Of a stretch of 64,000 nucleotides of DNA, positions 21,401-32,100 are shown piece after piece. A program made the position numbers and the translations under genes. The stretch comes from Opitutia bacterium (GTDB taxonomy: Bacteria; Verrucomicrobiota; Verrucomicrobiia; Opitutales; T3Sed10-336): assembly GCA_050506795.1 (NCBI GenBank), contig JBJHCF010000024.1:16358-80357 (forward strand). Reading direction: 5' to 3'. Position 1 is the stretch's first letter. Each line of letters opens with the position of its first letter. The notes beneath the pieces were generated by a model. It saw only the letters and a program-made list of their open reading frames with translations. It ran no database searches and had not been told where the DNA came from.

Positions 21401-21982
21401 CTCAACGATATGCGTTTCTATAACGCGGCGTTGACGCAAGAGGAGCTGCGAAGCGAGATGCATCGCTCGGGAGCCAGAATCGGGGCCTTCTTCGGCGACG
21501 AGGCGGCCGAGTTCGGCGAGCCCGACAGGACGGAGGAGTCCGGGGTTCCCAACGGGCTCGTGCGGATGCTGACCGCGGAGATCCGCCCCGACAGTTTCTC
21601 CGGCGGCGACTACTACCGGCCGATTCTCGACTCGAACGATGAGCGCAACGGCGGACGGCATGGCAGCGGTTTCGGGCTGATCGACGACCAGATTGTTGTC
21701 CGGCTCGATGGGCTGGGGTTCTGGCGAACTTCCGTGTCTGTGGATCCGGCGAACTGGCACCGGATCACCGTTGCATTCGACGGATCCCGCGCGGCGGTTT
21801 ACCTTGACGGCGAGCTTGCGGCGACGACCGAATACGAGGCCGATCCCGATCGTTTGGCGGGAAAGAATTACCGTATTGGTTGGGGTCAGGGGAGCCAGGA
21901 TGAGATCTCTCGCACCTACTTCCAGGGAGCGATTCGTGACCTGCGGATCTATGACCGTGTCTTCCGTCCGGCCGAGCTCTGA
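18485..21982 (+). CDS. Secreted DUF6055/Svx-like gluzincin metallopeptidase with left-handed beta-helix and two LamG domains
   Basis: HEFGH at 19433 plus downstream E (WESHANF); HPNGGGFVA followed by hexapeptide repeats (~20345-20740); two LamG motifs (WSHIAVT..LYVDG, WHRITV..VYLDG). Confidence 0.75.
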   Translation: MARSTASWLCPIWALFALSAAGASPAGIIYEIDTAPEERLANAFVLGDWSQGDLDGWRVIGGRGEVRNGALRVIPSETGSPYAAMELDGIEDAPDLAYGFHNYLQLRLRLPPGDYEYVAVDFVTTEHEGFAEDRRFHIPGEEIPADGGWREYRIDLGLIIWWRDPLTGLRITPRGQAVRESAFEIDYVEIGDLPGDVLQVNTALNFFEDETLDDVSRVESKHFVVWWSDSTEGRFDPETHGRRALRMLEESYQVFCRLLGYEDPFEHTDRAQRDGTRYKLNHITWYGGFWMGGGDFTYFNVPPAGLLDEGWGNPVPHEFGHAIQGAQASILAGGHWESHANFLREYRTTYYAPFFPPANRSTVELHPLRQSNFRQDHSRLIYADYRIHLALADHGAAWGLPSNIDAVLWSLGPPEQTVYERLELVLPEEHDIKDVVASTIRHWPMLDFVHSAEIRAHRWANERDRAYYDYITGSHLIPDAAEPGWYRVPLERAPEKFAFMFHEIEPLGPTVTATLRGLELFAGDEDWRWCFVAIDAEDDARYSGLSGPGRMSFDLTESDNRVYIVVVATPGDTSLNLTDFSNTRPIGRHVDRLRYPYELFLENASPLKRPLDWTNDEGAAHPNGGGFVAATASVDETAYVGPNARVLDNATVRGGARIEDFAVVANNATVEDRAIVSGFAAVLGRARVSDEARVRDRGVLTQNARADGHALVAGHAVLEGGARASDRAIVRASAQPFGNGRLTGYAIADYDYSMGDDLDDGVHFNHVPWGGWFRDYYSATQRKPRGMTASYRVDEPGGDLLWDEFGALHALLRGNPRRVESDFFDHQVLELNGVDQYVILDRSLADVAGATFSMWVRPAAGGDRGPLISLSSPGGGHLLLDLGGDDRGPRLSLSQGGSSFRIEAGQSVPANQWSHIAVTLGADEGILYVDGEAVARGALDLPLHTLLGANDYSAAEAFYLGRDNNGRLLAAALNDMRFYNAALTQEELRSEMHRSGARIGAFFGDEAAEFGEPDRTEESGVPNGLVRMLTAEIRPDSFSGGDYYRPILDSNDERNGGRHGSGFGLIDDQIVVRLDGLGFWRTSVSVDPANWHRITVAFDGSRAAVYLDGELAATTEYEADPDRLAGKNYRIGWGQGSQDEISRTYFQGAIRDLRIYDRVFRPAEL

Positions 21983-22000
21983 GCAACGAAAAAAAGGCGT

Positions 22001-24037
22001 ATGATGAAGAAGGTGACTGCAAGCTGTTCCTGTAAACCCTGGACCGTGTTTCTGCTTTGCTGGGCGCTTGTGTTCTTCGGACACGCGGTGCCGGCGGAAG
22101 AGGTTACGTTTATTCACATCGGCGACACGCACTATGATACGAGCGGTGAGGATTATGAGGAAAAACGTGCCGCTCTCCGGCGGGCGATTCAAAAGATGAA
22201 CGCCATACCCGGGACGCCGTATCCCGAGGACGTGGGCGGCGTGGTGGGTGAACCGATAGGTGTCTTCATCGTCGGAGATCTTACCGAGGCGAAGGAGTCG
22301 GACTTTGAAGCGTTTATCGAAGACTGGGGGCTTGCCGGAGGCGAAGGGCTCCTGGATTTTCCGGTCTACGAGGGCGCGGGTAATCACGACGGCCGGCCGT
22401 CCACCCACCCGAACGGTCACGTGCGTCGGGCCATCATCGAGCGCAACCCAAATCGCCCGCACCTCACAAGCCTCTCGGAGAATGGACTGCACTACGCAAT
22501 TGATTACGGGAACGTTCACTTTGTGCAATTGAACGAATACGCCGGAATGGACGACGATGAACGCTATCCCGGGAATCCCGAATACAGGCGCAAAGGGCAG
22601 TCCTACGGCAATCCGGCTGAAAAGAGCCTCCAGTTTCTCAGACGCACGCTGGAGGAAAACGTGGGCGACAGCGGCCGGCCGGTGATTCTGTTTCAGCATT
22701 ACAGCATTGATGGATGGTCGCTTCACGCGTGGGGTAATTATCTGGCATGGTGGACCGAAGAGCATGTGCTTCGGTTGTGGGAAACGATTCAAGGCTATAA
22801 TGTGATCGCACTGATGGTGGGGCACGATCATTCGCACCGGGTCAGCGAATGGAACGGTATTCCCGTTTACCACATGGATGCAGTACGCGGGTTCGCCGTG
22901 TACCGACTTCTTGGCGATGAAATGGTCCGCGTGGTTCGTAACCTGGAGGACGATACCTGGGGAGCGGTATCCCGCAGTTCGACGACAATCAATTCCTCGC
23001 CGCCTGCAGAAGTCGTACAGGGGCCGTATCTCGTGTATGACGGTGCCCCTTCGAGCATGACGGTCTTGTGGCGGACCGATCGGGAGGACGAGGTTGAGTT
23101 CCGTTGGGGAAGGGAACAATTCCAGTTCGAATTGGGTGAGGTAGAGATCGGGCCGCACGATGGGGAGAACTTTCTTTACCGGGTCGTCCTCGACGACCTT
23201 GAGCCGAACGCGCACTACACCTACCAGTTGCAGATCGGGGATTCCTACGATATCGGAATGTTTTTTAGCGCGCCGGAACCGGAGGCCGACAAGGTGAAAT
23301 TCCTGGTGTACGGTTCGACCGCGACCGGTTTGGCCGAACTGGAGAACGTTTCCCGGGCGCTGTACGATCACATCTACGAAGACCCAGCCTACCATTCGAT
23401 GCTTCTCCATGCCGGGAATTGGATCCCGCACGCCGAGGGGATCCGGGACTGGGATGAGTATTTCTTCTCGCGGGAAAGTTCCGTGCGGCACGCCCGGCAT
23501 ATTCTTGCGCGCCTGCCCATCGTCGGCGCCGCGGGGACTGAGGTCGGTGATCCGGCATTGTTCCGGGAATTGTTCCCTTACGATTTCGAGACTGGTATGT
23601 ATTACTCCTTCCAATACGGACCCGTTCACGTAACCGTGATGGATCCCGGGTCGGACTACTCGGAGGGATCGGCGCAGCATGCGTGGCTTGTGAATGATTT
23701 GACCGAGGCGACCGCACCCTGGAAGATCCTCGTCTACACCGGCGCGCACTCCTGGTCGGAGGAAGCGGAAGGAGGAGATCAGACCCGCCAGGTGCTGCTC
23801 CCATTGTGTGAAGAGCTCGGCGTGGACCTGGTAATCGATGGCCGTGCCGGCGGCTACCACCGGCAGAAGGCAGGTGAAATCGACTATATTCGCCTTGGTG
23901 CGGCGACCGATAACGAGGGCGATGATCCGCGCCGGATGTATTATGGGGCGATCACGGTTGAGGGTCTAACAATGTCCCTTGAGGTCTTTGACGACACCCG
24001 AAATGCGCTCGACACGGTGGAGCTCTGGAAGGATTAG
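22001..24037 (+). CDS. Secreted calcineurin-like metallophosphoesterase fused to a degenerate purple-acid-phosphatase-like module
   Basis: N-domain has GDTH, GDLT, GNHD and GHDH. C-part has GPYL, an FN3-like region and YYSFQYG, but no metal ligands. Confidence 0.85.
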   Translation: MMKKVTASCSCKPWTVFLLCWALVFFGHAVPAEEVTFIHIGDTHYDTSGEDYEEKRAALRRAIQKMNAIPGTPYPEDVGGVVGEPIGVFIVGDLTEAKESDFEAFIEDWGLAGGEGLLDFPVYEGAGNHDGRPSTHPNGHVRRAIIERNPNRPHLTSLSENGLHYAIDYGNVHFVQLNEYAGMDDDERYPGNPEYRRKGQSYGNPAEKSLQFLRRTLEENVGDSGRPVILFQHYSIDGWSLHAWGNYLAWWTEEHVLRLWETIQGYNVIALMVGHDHSHRVSEWNGIPVYHMDAVRGFAVYRLLGDEMVRVVRNLEDDTWGAVSRSSTTINSSPPAEVVQGPYLVYDGAPSSMTVLWRTDREDEVEFRWGREQFQFELGEVEIGPHDGENFLYRVVLDDLEPNAHYTYQLQIGDSYDIGMFFSAPEPEADKVKFLVYGSTATGLAELENVSRALYDHIYEDPAYHSMLLHAGNWIPHAEGIRDWDEYFFSRESSVRHARHILARLPIVGAAGTEVGDPALFRELFPYDFETGMYYSFQYGPVHVTVMDPGSDYSEGSAQHAWLVNDLTEATAPWKILVYTGAHSWSEEAEGGDQTRQVLLPLCEELGVDLVIDGRAGGYHRQKAGEIDYIRLGAATDNEGDDPRRMYYGAITVEGLTMSLEVFDDTRNALDTVELWKD

Positions 24038-24073
24038 AGCCTACCCCAAAGACCTTCCGCTGTTCCGGCAACG

Positions 24074-25741
24074 TTAGGGGGGGGTCTCCTCTCCGGGCGT
24101 TTCCTTTTGAGATTCGCCATTAATACCGCCGAGTACGCGCCGGGTTTGGGTGGGGTCGATCAGGATGATTATGCCGATGATGGCGATTTGGATGACTCCG
24201 GCCACGAGAAGGAGGAGGGGGACGGAATCGATATCCAGACGGGCTGACGCCTGGATCGCCCATTCGGCGTTTTCCATGTAGCTCTCTGAGGCTCCCGCGA
24301 ATTGACTGCCGATGATGCGGGAAACGTTCAAAAGGGCCATGTAGGCGGTGAATTGTGTCGCCGCCACCACCGGCCAGGAGATTTGCATGAACATCGCCCA
24401 AAGGGCCACCGTTAGGAGGCCGGTAAAGAATTGATCGACATGCATGAAAAGGAGAACGGTGGAATCCTTGACCGCCGTGTGCAGAATAAAAGCGAAAGCG
24501 ATCCAGGTGGCGCCGAGAAGCGCGGTGCCAATGCCGGCGATCATTTTCACGCCGAAGCGGCTGCCCAGAAATCCGCCGAACAAGGCGGCGATCACCGCGG
24601 TCAAAACGGTTGTGCCGCTGTAAACGCTGTACCGTGCCTGCGTCCAGCCGCGGTAAACGAGCCATTCCGTCTCCGTCTCTCTGACGGTATACCGGGTGTT
24701 GCCAAAGACGATGACCCAACCCTCGAATTCCAACTCGGGATCCGGCTGCAGGCGTGCTTCGGCCTGGTCGGGCCGGTCGCGTGAGAAAAGGCGTACCAGC
24801 CACGGAAGCTCTTCTTCCGCGTCCACGGTTTCGCCGATGGCGTATCCGGCCTCACGGAACTGCTCGAACACGATCGCCGGGATTTCACCGTCATCCAGGG
24901 CCGCCCTCACATCTTCTCCTCCGGAGATGCTGAAAATTTGTGTATTCACGTCCTGGATGACAAACCGCTGAAAAATCAGTGAGGTCATCATCATGCCGAC
25001 CATGACCGTAAGAGCCAGAAACACTCCGATAATGGTGGTGCGTAGACTGAAAGCACGGGCGATTCTTCGGGCGAGCTGAAAGATGTCCACGTTCTCCCTG
25101 GCAACGACTTCGGCGCGCGCCTGTCCCCTTGTCCATGGCATCAACTTCTCACCTGAACGTTCACGCATCAGGATCGGAAACAGCAGAATCGTGATCTGCA
25201 TTCCGGCCAGCACCCATAAGCCCGTGTGGAGGTTGTAGGAGCCGATAAGGAATCCCAGACCGGCGCTGCCCACAAAGGTTCCGATGTGAGATGAGGCGAA
25301 CATGACCGCGTTGGCTTTCTCCCGCTCGCCGTCCTTGAGAATGTCGACCGCCATGGCGTCCACGCCCACGTCCTGCAGGGCGACGAAACAGTTGTGCAGC
25401 ATCAAAACGATGCCGAGCAGGCGTATCTCGGAAGTGATATCAGGAACGCTGAGAATGGTGAGGGTCGAAACCACCATGCAACCCTGGGCGAGGATGATCC
25501 ACGGTCGCCGCCTTCCCATTGAAAGGATGGTCCAGCGATCGACGATCGGACCGAGCGCCCACTTGAAGGGCCAGGGCCACATGGCCATCGCCAGCAGGGT
25601 TCCGACTTCGCCGGTGGTCATTCCCTGCTCGTACATGTAACCGGTAAGGGCGACGGAGACGAAGCCCCAGGGCAGTCCCTGCGCCAGGTACATCACCGAA
25701 AGAAACGACATTTTTGCTCTGCGATTACTGGTAAGGTACAC
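24074..25741 (-). CDS. MFS transporter, AmpG-like, with a large soluble insertion
   Basis: YLAQGLPWGF, PWPFKW..GP.VD, GRRRPW, QDVGVDA and ATQFTAYMA.LN motifs. Confidence 0.88.
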   Translation of the reverse strand: MYLTSNRRAKMSFLSVMYLAQGLPWGFVSVALTGYMYEQGMTTGEVGTLLAMAMWPWPFKWALGPIVDRWTILSMGRRRPWIILAQGCMVVSTLTILSVPDITSEIRLLGIVLMLHNCFVALQDVGVDAMAVDILKDGEREKANAVMFASSHIGTFVGSAGLGFLIGSYNLHTGLWVLAGMQITILLFPILMRERSGEKLMPWTRGQARAEVVARENVDIFQLARRIARAFSLRTTIIGVFLALTVMVGMMMTSLIFQRFVIQDVNTQIFSISGGEDVRAALDDGEIPAIVFEQFREAGYAIGETVDAEEELPWLVRLFSRDRPDQAEARLQPDPELEFEGWVIVFGNTRYTVRETETEWLVYRGWTQARYSVYSGTTVLTAVIAALFGGFLGSRFGVKMIAGIGTALLGATWIAFAFILHTAVKDSTVLLFMHVDQFFTGLLTVALWAMFMQISWPVVAATQFTAYMALLNVSRIIGSQFAGASESYMENAEWAIQASARLDIDSVPLLLLVAGVIQIAIIGIIILIDPTQTRRVLGGINGESQKETPGEETPP

Positions 25742-26131
25742 AGTGATTGACCCTTTATCTGGTGATGGAATGTTCGTTTAACGCCAACGCGAAACGCGAT
25801 TTAAGCCAACGGCTTCAAATCGTTAAGCTGGAATTTAGGGTTGAGTCAAGGACGCGCTTTAACCTCGTCCATACAGGGCATTTTATGGAATGCACTTGCT
25901 CCGGGCTTCGATTGTGTACATTAGTATTTTGCTAATGCTTGTCCTTATTAGTTGTTCGATATTTTTGCTGTAAGGCGGAATTAGAGAACTTATTCCTGAA
26001 TCTCCGGTTGTTTGTGTACGTGAGGTATTGAGGGTGCTGATGAGATAGGCAATTCGACTGGCGGCGGATTGGTCGGCGATCCCACGACGAAACGCTCCCG
26101 GAAAACAAAAAAACTAAATTCAGCAAACTCT

Positions 26132-29100
26132 ATGATTCCCGCTCGCTTGAGGTTCGTATTGGTATCATTGATGGGCGCGATTATTGGCGCATTGGCTTTG
26201 CCGGCCGGCGACCTGCGAGGGGAGAATACGGCGCCTCTATCATCTGGCGGTGGGTCGTTTTCGGACCAATTCGACTACGAACATGATTTTGTCGCTGACG
26301 GGGTGGAGGGTACCGGGTGGGACCGTGTCACCGGGGTGCAATCGGCGACCGGACCGAGAATCGAAGCACGCAACGGAGTTCTTCACATGACCTCCTCGGG
26401 AACCGCCGGTGACGCAAACCCGTTATCGATCGCGCGCGGGGTGCCGACGGGTGTCGACCTTCAGGCGACCGTGCAACTTGTTGATGCTCCGTCGCAAGGG
26501 AACACCTTTGAGCGGTCCTACGTCAATTTTTCGGCCCCCATGCTTTATATCGGTCGATCCGATAACGAAAGGGGCATCTCTCATTATGTTTCCCATCATT
26601 TTTTCGAAGCCTTTAATTTGGGTAACGGGATGCAGGTGGTGGAGAATTTTAACCGGACGCACGACGGTTCGTTTACCTCGGCACCGGGTTATCCCTGGAT
26701 GCGAATTGAATTTGAACACCAAAACGCCCGTGTCAGGGCCTTGCGCAGTTTGGACGGCGAAAACTGGGAGGAATTCGGAAGCCGAACCCTTGAGGCATTA
26801 ACCGCTTCCGGCGCCGAGTTGGAAATCGGATTGATACATGCCGTTTGGGGAGGCAACCCCGATCCGGATGATGCTTATATCGAGTGGGATAATTTCGAGA
26901 TTAGGGAGCTGTTTGATAATCTGGAGATCACACTGATCGAGCCGCAGGAGGGATTTGATGAGCGGGATGATCCCGAGGTCACTTTTGTGGCGGAGGTTAT
27001 TGACCGTGGAGGGGTGGGGATTGAAAGCGTTAGTCTGGTGATCGACGGCGAGGTGATCGCGACCGACACCTCCAGTCAGGAAGGGATCTACGCCTTTGTT
27101 CACAAGATCGAAAGCGAGGTCATTGAGTGGGAGATCGTTGCCTATGATTGGGCGGGCGAGCGCTATGGCCAATCGCGGCGCCTGATTCGCGATCTCGGCG
27201 CCAGTCAATTGGATATCGGCGGGATTCCGCGTGAGTCGCTTCATCGATCGAGCCGGAGAACGGGGCTTGTCATTTCGGAGATAATGTACCGTCCCGGCGC
27301 CTGGGCGGAGGGGCAGACCTTGGAATTCATCGAGTTGTACAATTCGGAGCCCACAGCGGCCGATATTGGCGGCTGGCGGCTGGGAGGCGAGATCCGTTAC
27401 GTGTTTCCGCAAGGCACGGTGATTCCGGGAGAGGGCTTTCTGGTGGTAGCGGCCAGTCCGGGACAGGTGGAGGCGGAGTATGGATTGTCCGGTGTTCTGG
27501 GCGGGTACGAGGGGACGCTGGACCGGAGCGAAGGGGAGGTGTTGCTGTATCACCGAAACGGAGGCGTTCTCCTGGAGGCGGCCTATTCCTCGGCGCATCC
27601 ATGGGCGGCGGCGGCCGGCGGGGCTGGGCATTCACTGGTGCTGGCCCGTCCGTCGTACGGCGAGGGAAGCGCTACGGCCTGGGAGGCGAGCCGGGTTAGA
27701 GGCGGATCACCGGGAGCGCATGAGCCGGAGACCACGGCTGAGTTGGATGCCATTAAAATCAATGAGTTGCTCGCACGTGATGAAGCGGATGAGGTGACGG
27801 TTTCTTTTGTCGAGCTTTACAACCACAGCAGGGAACCGGTCGACCTCTCGGGCGCCTTTCTGAGTGATCGGCCGGATGCAAATCGTTTTCAGATCCCGGA
27901 GGGCGTCATTGTTCCCGCCGGGGGTTTTCTGGCCTATGACGAAACAGAATTGGGCTTTTCATTCGATGCTTCGGGCGGGGGCGTGTATCTGGTTAGCCCG
28001 GGTGAAGACCGGGTAATTGATGCCGTGCGTTTTGAACCGCTTGCCGACGGCGTGTCGCTGGGACGTTTTCCCGACGGCGCGCCGGAGTTTCGTCGCTTGG
28101 CCGAGCCGACCCCTGCGTCGCCGAACGGCGGGTTGTTCAACGGACCGATCGTGATCAGCGAGATTATGTTCAACCCGATTTCCGGAAGCGAGCTGGATAC
28201 GTATGTTGAATTGCACAATCGCGGCGATGATGTGGTGAACCTTGGCGGGTGGCGGTTTGCCGCCGGAATACGTTTTACTTTCCCCGCCGGCACAAGTCTC
28301 GCCCCGGGCGGTTACCTCGTTGTGGCCAGGGACAGGAACCGGCTTATCGACCGATACCCGAATCTCAATTCGGGAAATACCGTGGGGAATTTCGGCGGGA
28401 GGCTTTCGAATTCGGGAGAGCGTCTGGCCATCGCCATGCCGGTCTCACGCCCAGGCGGGAGAATTGAACATGTTGTGGTGAACGAAGTCACCTACCGTGA
28501 CGGCGGGCGCTGGGGCGAGTGGGCGAATCGTGACGGCAGCAGTATCGAATTGCGCGATCCGCGGAGCGATAATCGTCGCTCGGCCAACTGGACGCACAGC
28601 GACGAAAGCGAAAAGGGGGAGTGGACTCTGATCGAGCACACCGGTGTTATGAGTCATGGCAGCGGGCCGGCGGATCAACTGCACATCCTTTTGCCCTCGG
28701 CGGGACATGCCCTGATCGACGAAGTCGAGGTCCGCGTGGAGGGGGGGCCGAATCTCGTGACGAACGGCACCTTTGATAGCGGCATCCAGGGCTGGTTGGC
28801 TCAAGGGCATCACGTGACCTCCCACTGGTCGCCCGACGAGGGGTTTCAGGGGGGCGGCAGTTTGCGTCTGGAGGCGAGCGGTTCCGGCGATACCGGCGCG
28901 AACCGGGTACGCGTTCAGCTCGCCGAGGCGCTCCCGTCCGGATCGACAGTCACCCTGCGGGCACGGGCGCGTTGGATTGCCGGGCACCCGCAGGTTTTGC
29001 TGCGCCTGCGGGGAAACTACCTGGAAGTGATGGGAGATCTGCACGTCCCTTCAAACCTTGGAACGCCGGGCGCACCCAATTCGGTCCACCTAACGAACGC

Positions 29101-32100
29101 CGGTCCCGCGATTTACGACGCCCGGCATTCGCCGGTCCTCCCGGCCGCGAATCAACCGGTGGCCGTGACGGCGCGCGCACATGATCCTGACGGCGTATCC
29201 GGGTTAATATTGCACTACCGTGTCGATCCGGCCGGAGACTACACCGCGGTGCCCATGTTGGACGATGGTGAAGGGAGGGACGCGGTTGCGGGCGACGGCC
29301 TCTATACCACGGTCATTCCCGGACAGGCCGCGAACACGTTGATCGCCTATTACATCGAGGCGGTTGACGAGCAAGGGGCGACAGCCACCTATCCCGAAAA
29401 CCCCTCGGAGTATGAAGCGCTCGTTCGGTTCGGTGACAGAAACCGTCCGGGATCGTACCTGACCTACCACATGTGGTTTACGGACGAGGTCATAGAGGAG
29501 TGGGAGAGTCGCGAGGTGCTGAGCAATCGGCGCCTTCCGGGAACGCTGGTGTACGGAAATCGTGTCATCCATAACATCGGCGCAAGGTATCGGGGCAGCC
29601 CCTGGAGACGACCCACGGGATTTTCGTTTCAGGTGCCGCGCGACGAGCGCCTGTTGGGAGCCCGTGAGTTTAATCTGAATGGGATCCATCACACCGATTC
29701 CAGCGCGCAACGCGAGTTGATGGGCTACTGGATCGCGGAACAAATAGGTTTGGCTTTCAGTCATCAAACCTACATTCATCTCTACCGGAATGGCAGGGGG
29801 CAGCAGTTGGGGGCCAACGTATTCACCGACATTCAGCATATCGAGTCGGAGTACTTGCAGTCCTGGTTTCCGGACGATGATCGCGGAGAGCTTTTCAAGA
29901 TCGATGATTGGTTCGAGTTCACCCCTACCTTTAGCTTTATCTCGGTGCAAAACGCGCGATTACTCCCCTACCGGGAGGCGGACGGCACTCTGAAACAAGC
30001 CCGGTACCGTTGGAGTTGGAACAAACGTTCGAATCGTTGGCTGGACGACGATTATTCGAATCTGTTCCAATTGGTGGAAGCGGTGAATACCGAAGATGAG
30101 CAAAGGTACACCGCCGCCGTCGAATCCGTGGCGGATATCGAGCAGTGGATGCGGGTGTTTGCGATAAGACGCATTGTGAGCGACTGGGACGGATACGGTT
30201 ATAATCGGGGCAAAAACGCCTGGACCTACAAACCGGAGCGCGGCCCGTGGCAGATGATTCTCTGGGATCTCGACAAAGGAATCGGCGCCGACAACAGTTC
30301 CCCCACCGCTTCTCTGTTTGGCGCCGACGATCCGGTGGTGGTGCGGATGTACAATCACCCTCCTTTTCGTCGGGCGTACTGGCGGGCGTTTCATGACGCC
30401 GTGCATGGGCCTTTGCTGGCTGGGGCGTTTGGCGCGAAGGTCGATGCGAATTACGCGGCGTTCGTGGAGAACGGCCTCAATGTCACCGGAACGCAGCCGC
30501 TCAAGGATTGGATCAACACCCGGCGCAATTATCTGATCAATCAACTGAATACGGTTCAGACGGATTTGGCGATCAATGGCACCGAGGTGGAAAATGGGCG
30601 GGTTGAGCTCGCTGGCGTTGCGCCCGTAGGAGCCCGGACTCTGACCATCAACGGAGCCGAGTATCCCCTTATCTGGGACAGCGAGACTGAATGGCGTGTC
30701 ACCTTGCCGCTGGATCGCGGCCAGAATCCCTTCGTTGTTCGGAGTTTCGACTCGAACGGCCAATTGCTGGATGAAACCGGCACCACCGTGAATTGGCCGT
30801 CCACGCCAGCCAATCCGGTAGTTTCTTTGGCGATCAACGAAATTCTGTACCATCCCGCCGATCCCCGGACGGAGTTTGTCGAGATTCACAACACCTCGTC
30901 CGAGCACACGTTTTCGCTTGGCGGTTACCGGTTGGACGAGCTGGATTTTACATTTGCTCAAGGGACTCTGATCGAACCGGGCGCTTTTTTGCTCGTCGTG
31001 CGCGACCGAACGGCTTTTCAAAATGCCTTTGGCGTCGGCCGGCCGATCGCGGGCGAGTTTTCCGGGGCGTTTCCACAGCGGAACGTAAGCCTGCGACTTC
31101 TCCGTCCGGCGACCGACACCGTTTCAGGGTTGCTCCTTGATCAGGTCTATTATTTGCCGTCTCGCCCCTGGCCGTCGGCGGGATCGGCTTCCGGCAGTTC
31201 CTACCAGAGAGTCGATCCGGGACAAAGCGGCGATCATCCCGGGAATTGGGTCCTGGCGCCGCCCACCCCCGGCGAGCCGAATTCGGCGCGGGAGGATTTG
31301 CCCGCGTTCCCGTCGCTCTGGCTGAACGAGTTGCAGGCCGTCAACACGGGAACGGTTACGGATGCCTTCGGGGAGGCCGGTCCGTGGGTGGAATTGTACT
31401 ATTCGGGATCTCAGGTGCTGAGTCTGAATGGATTTTATCTTTCCAACGACGCGGATGATCTGGCGATGTGGACGTTTCCTCAGGGGGCGACGATCGAGCC
31501 GGCATCGTACGCCTTGGTTTGGCTTGACGGGCAATCCGGACTGACGGAATCCGATGAATGGCACGCGTCGTTTGCCATGGATGCGGATGCCGGGGAACTC
31601 TTTCTGTCGCGGGAAGCGGAAGGCGAACATCGCGTGATCGATGCCATTGGATATGATGGATTGCCGGCTGGACATTCGGTGGGACGCCATCCCGACGGTG
31701 CGGGGGCCGCTCCGGTCAGATTGTCGTCGCCGACACCGGGGTCGCCGAACTCGATTCCACCGCTGAGTCTGCTGCATTACTGGAACTTCAACGATTCGGA
31801 GGACCTGTTGGGTTCGTCCTACACTGTGGGCGGCGGGTCGTTGACTGTCGAGGAGGGTGTTTGGGGTGAGGCGTTCGCCGATGACGGACAAGGCTTCGCC
31901 GGGACCAACGCCCGATTCGGCGATCCGGCGGGAACGCATCTGCGATTCAATTTCCCGCTGGTGGGCTCGATCACTATCGCGGCATCGACGACCGGCCACC
32001 AGGATGTCACGCTTTCCTATGAAACGAGCCGGTCGGGTCAGGGAGCGGCGTTGCAGATCGTGGAATACAGCGCCGATGGGGAGACATTCGTCCCGTTTGC

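Noticed and set aside
21203..23860. 885-aa minus-strand ORF (similarly 12755-14701, 10462-12021, 59012-60730)
   Set aside because: Antisense shadows of clear coding genes; no domain signatures.
24035..24060. TAGAGCCTACCCCAAA resembling an IS or MITE end at a stop codon
   Set aside because: No partner inverted repeat found nearby.
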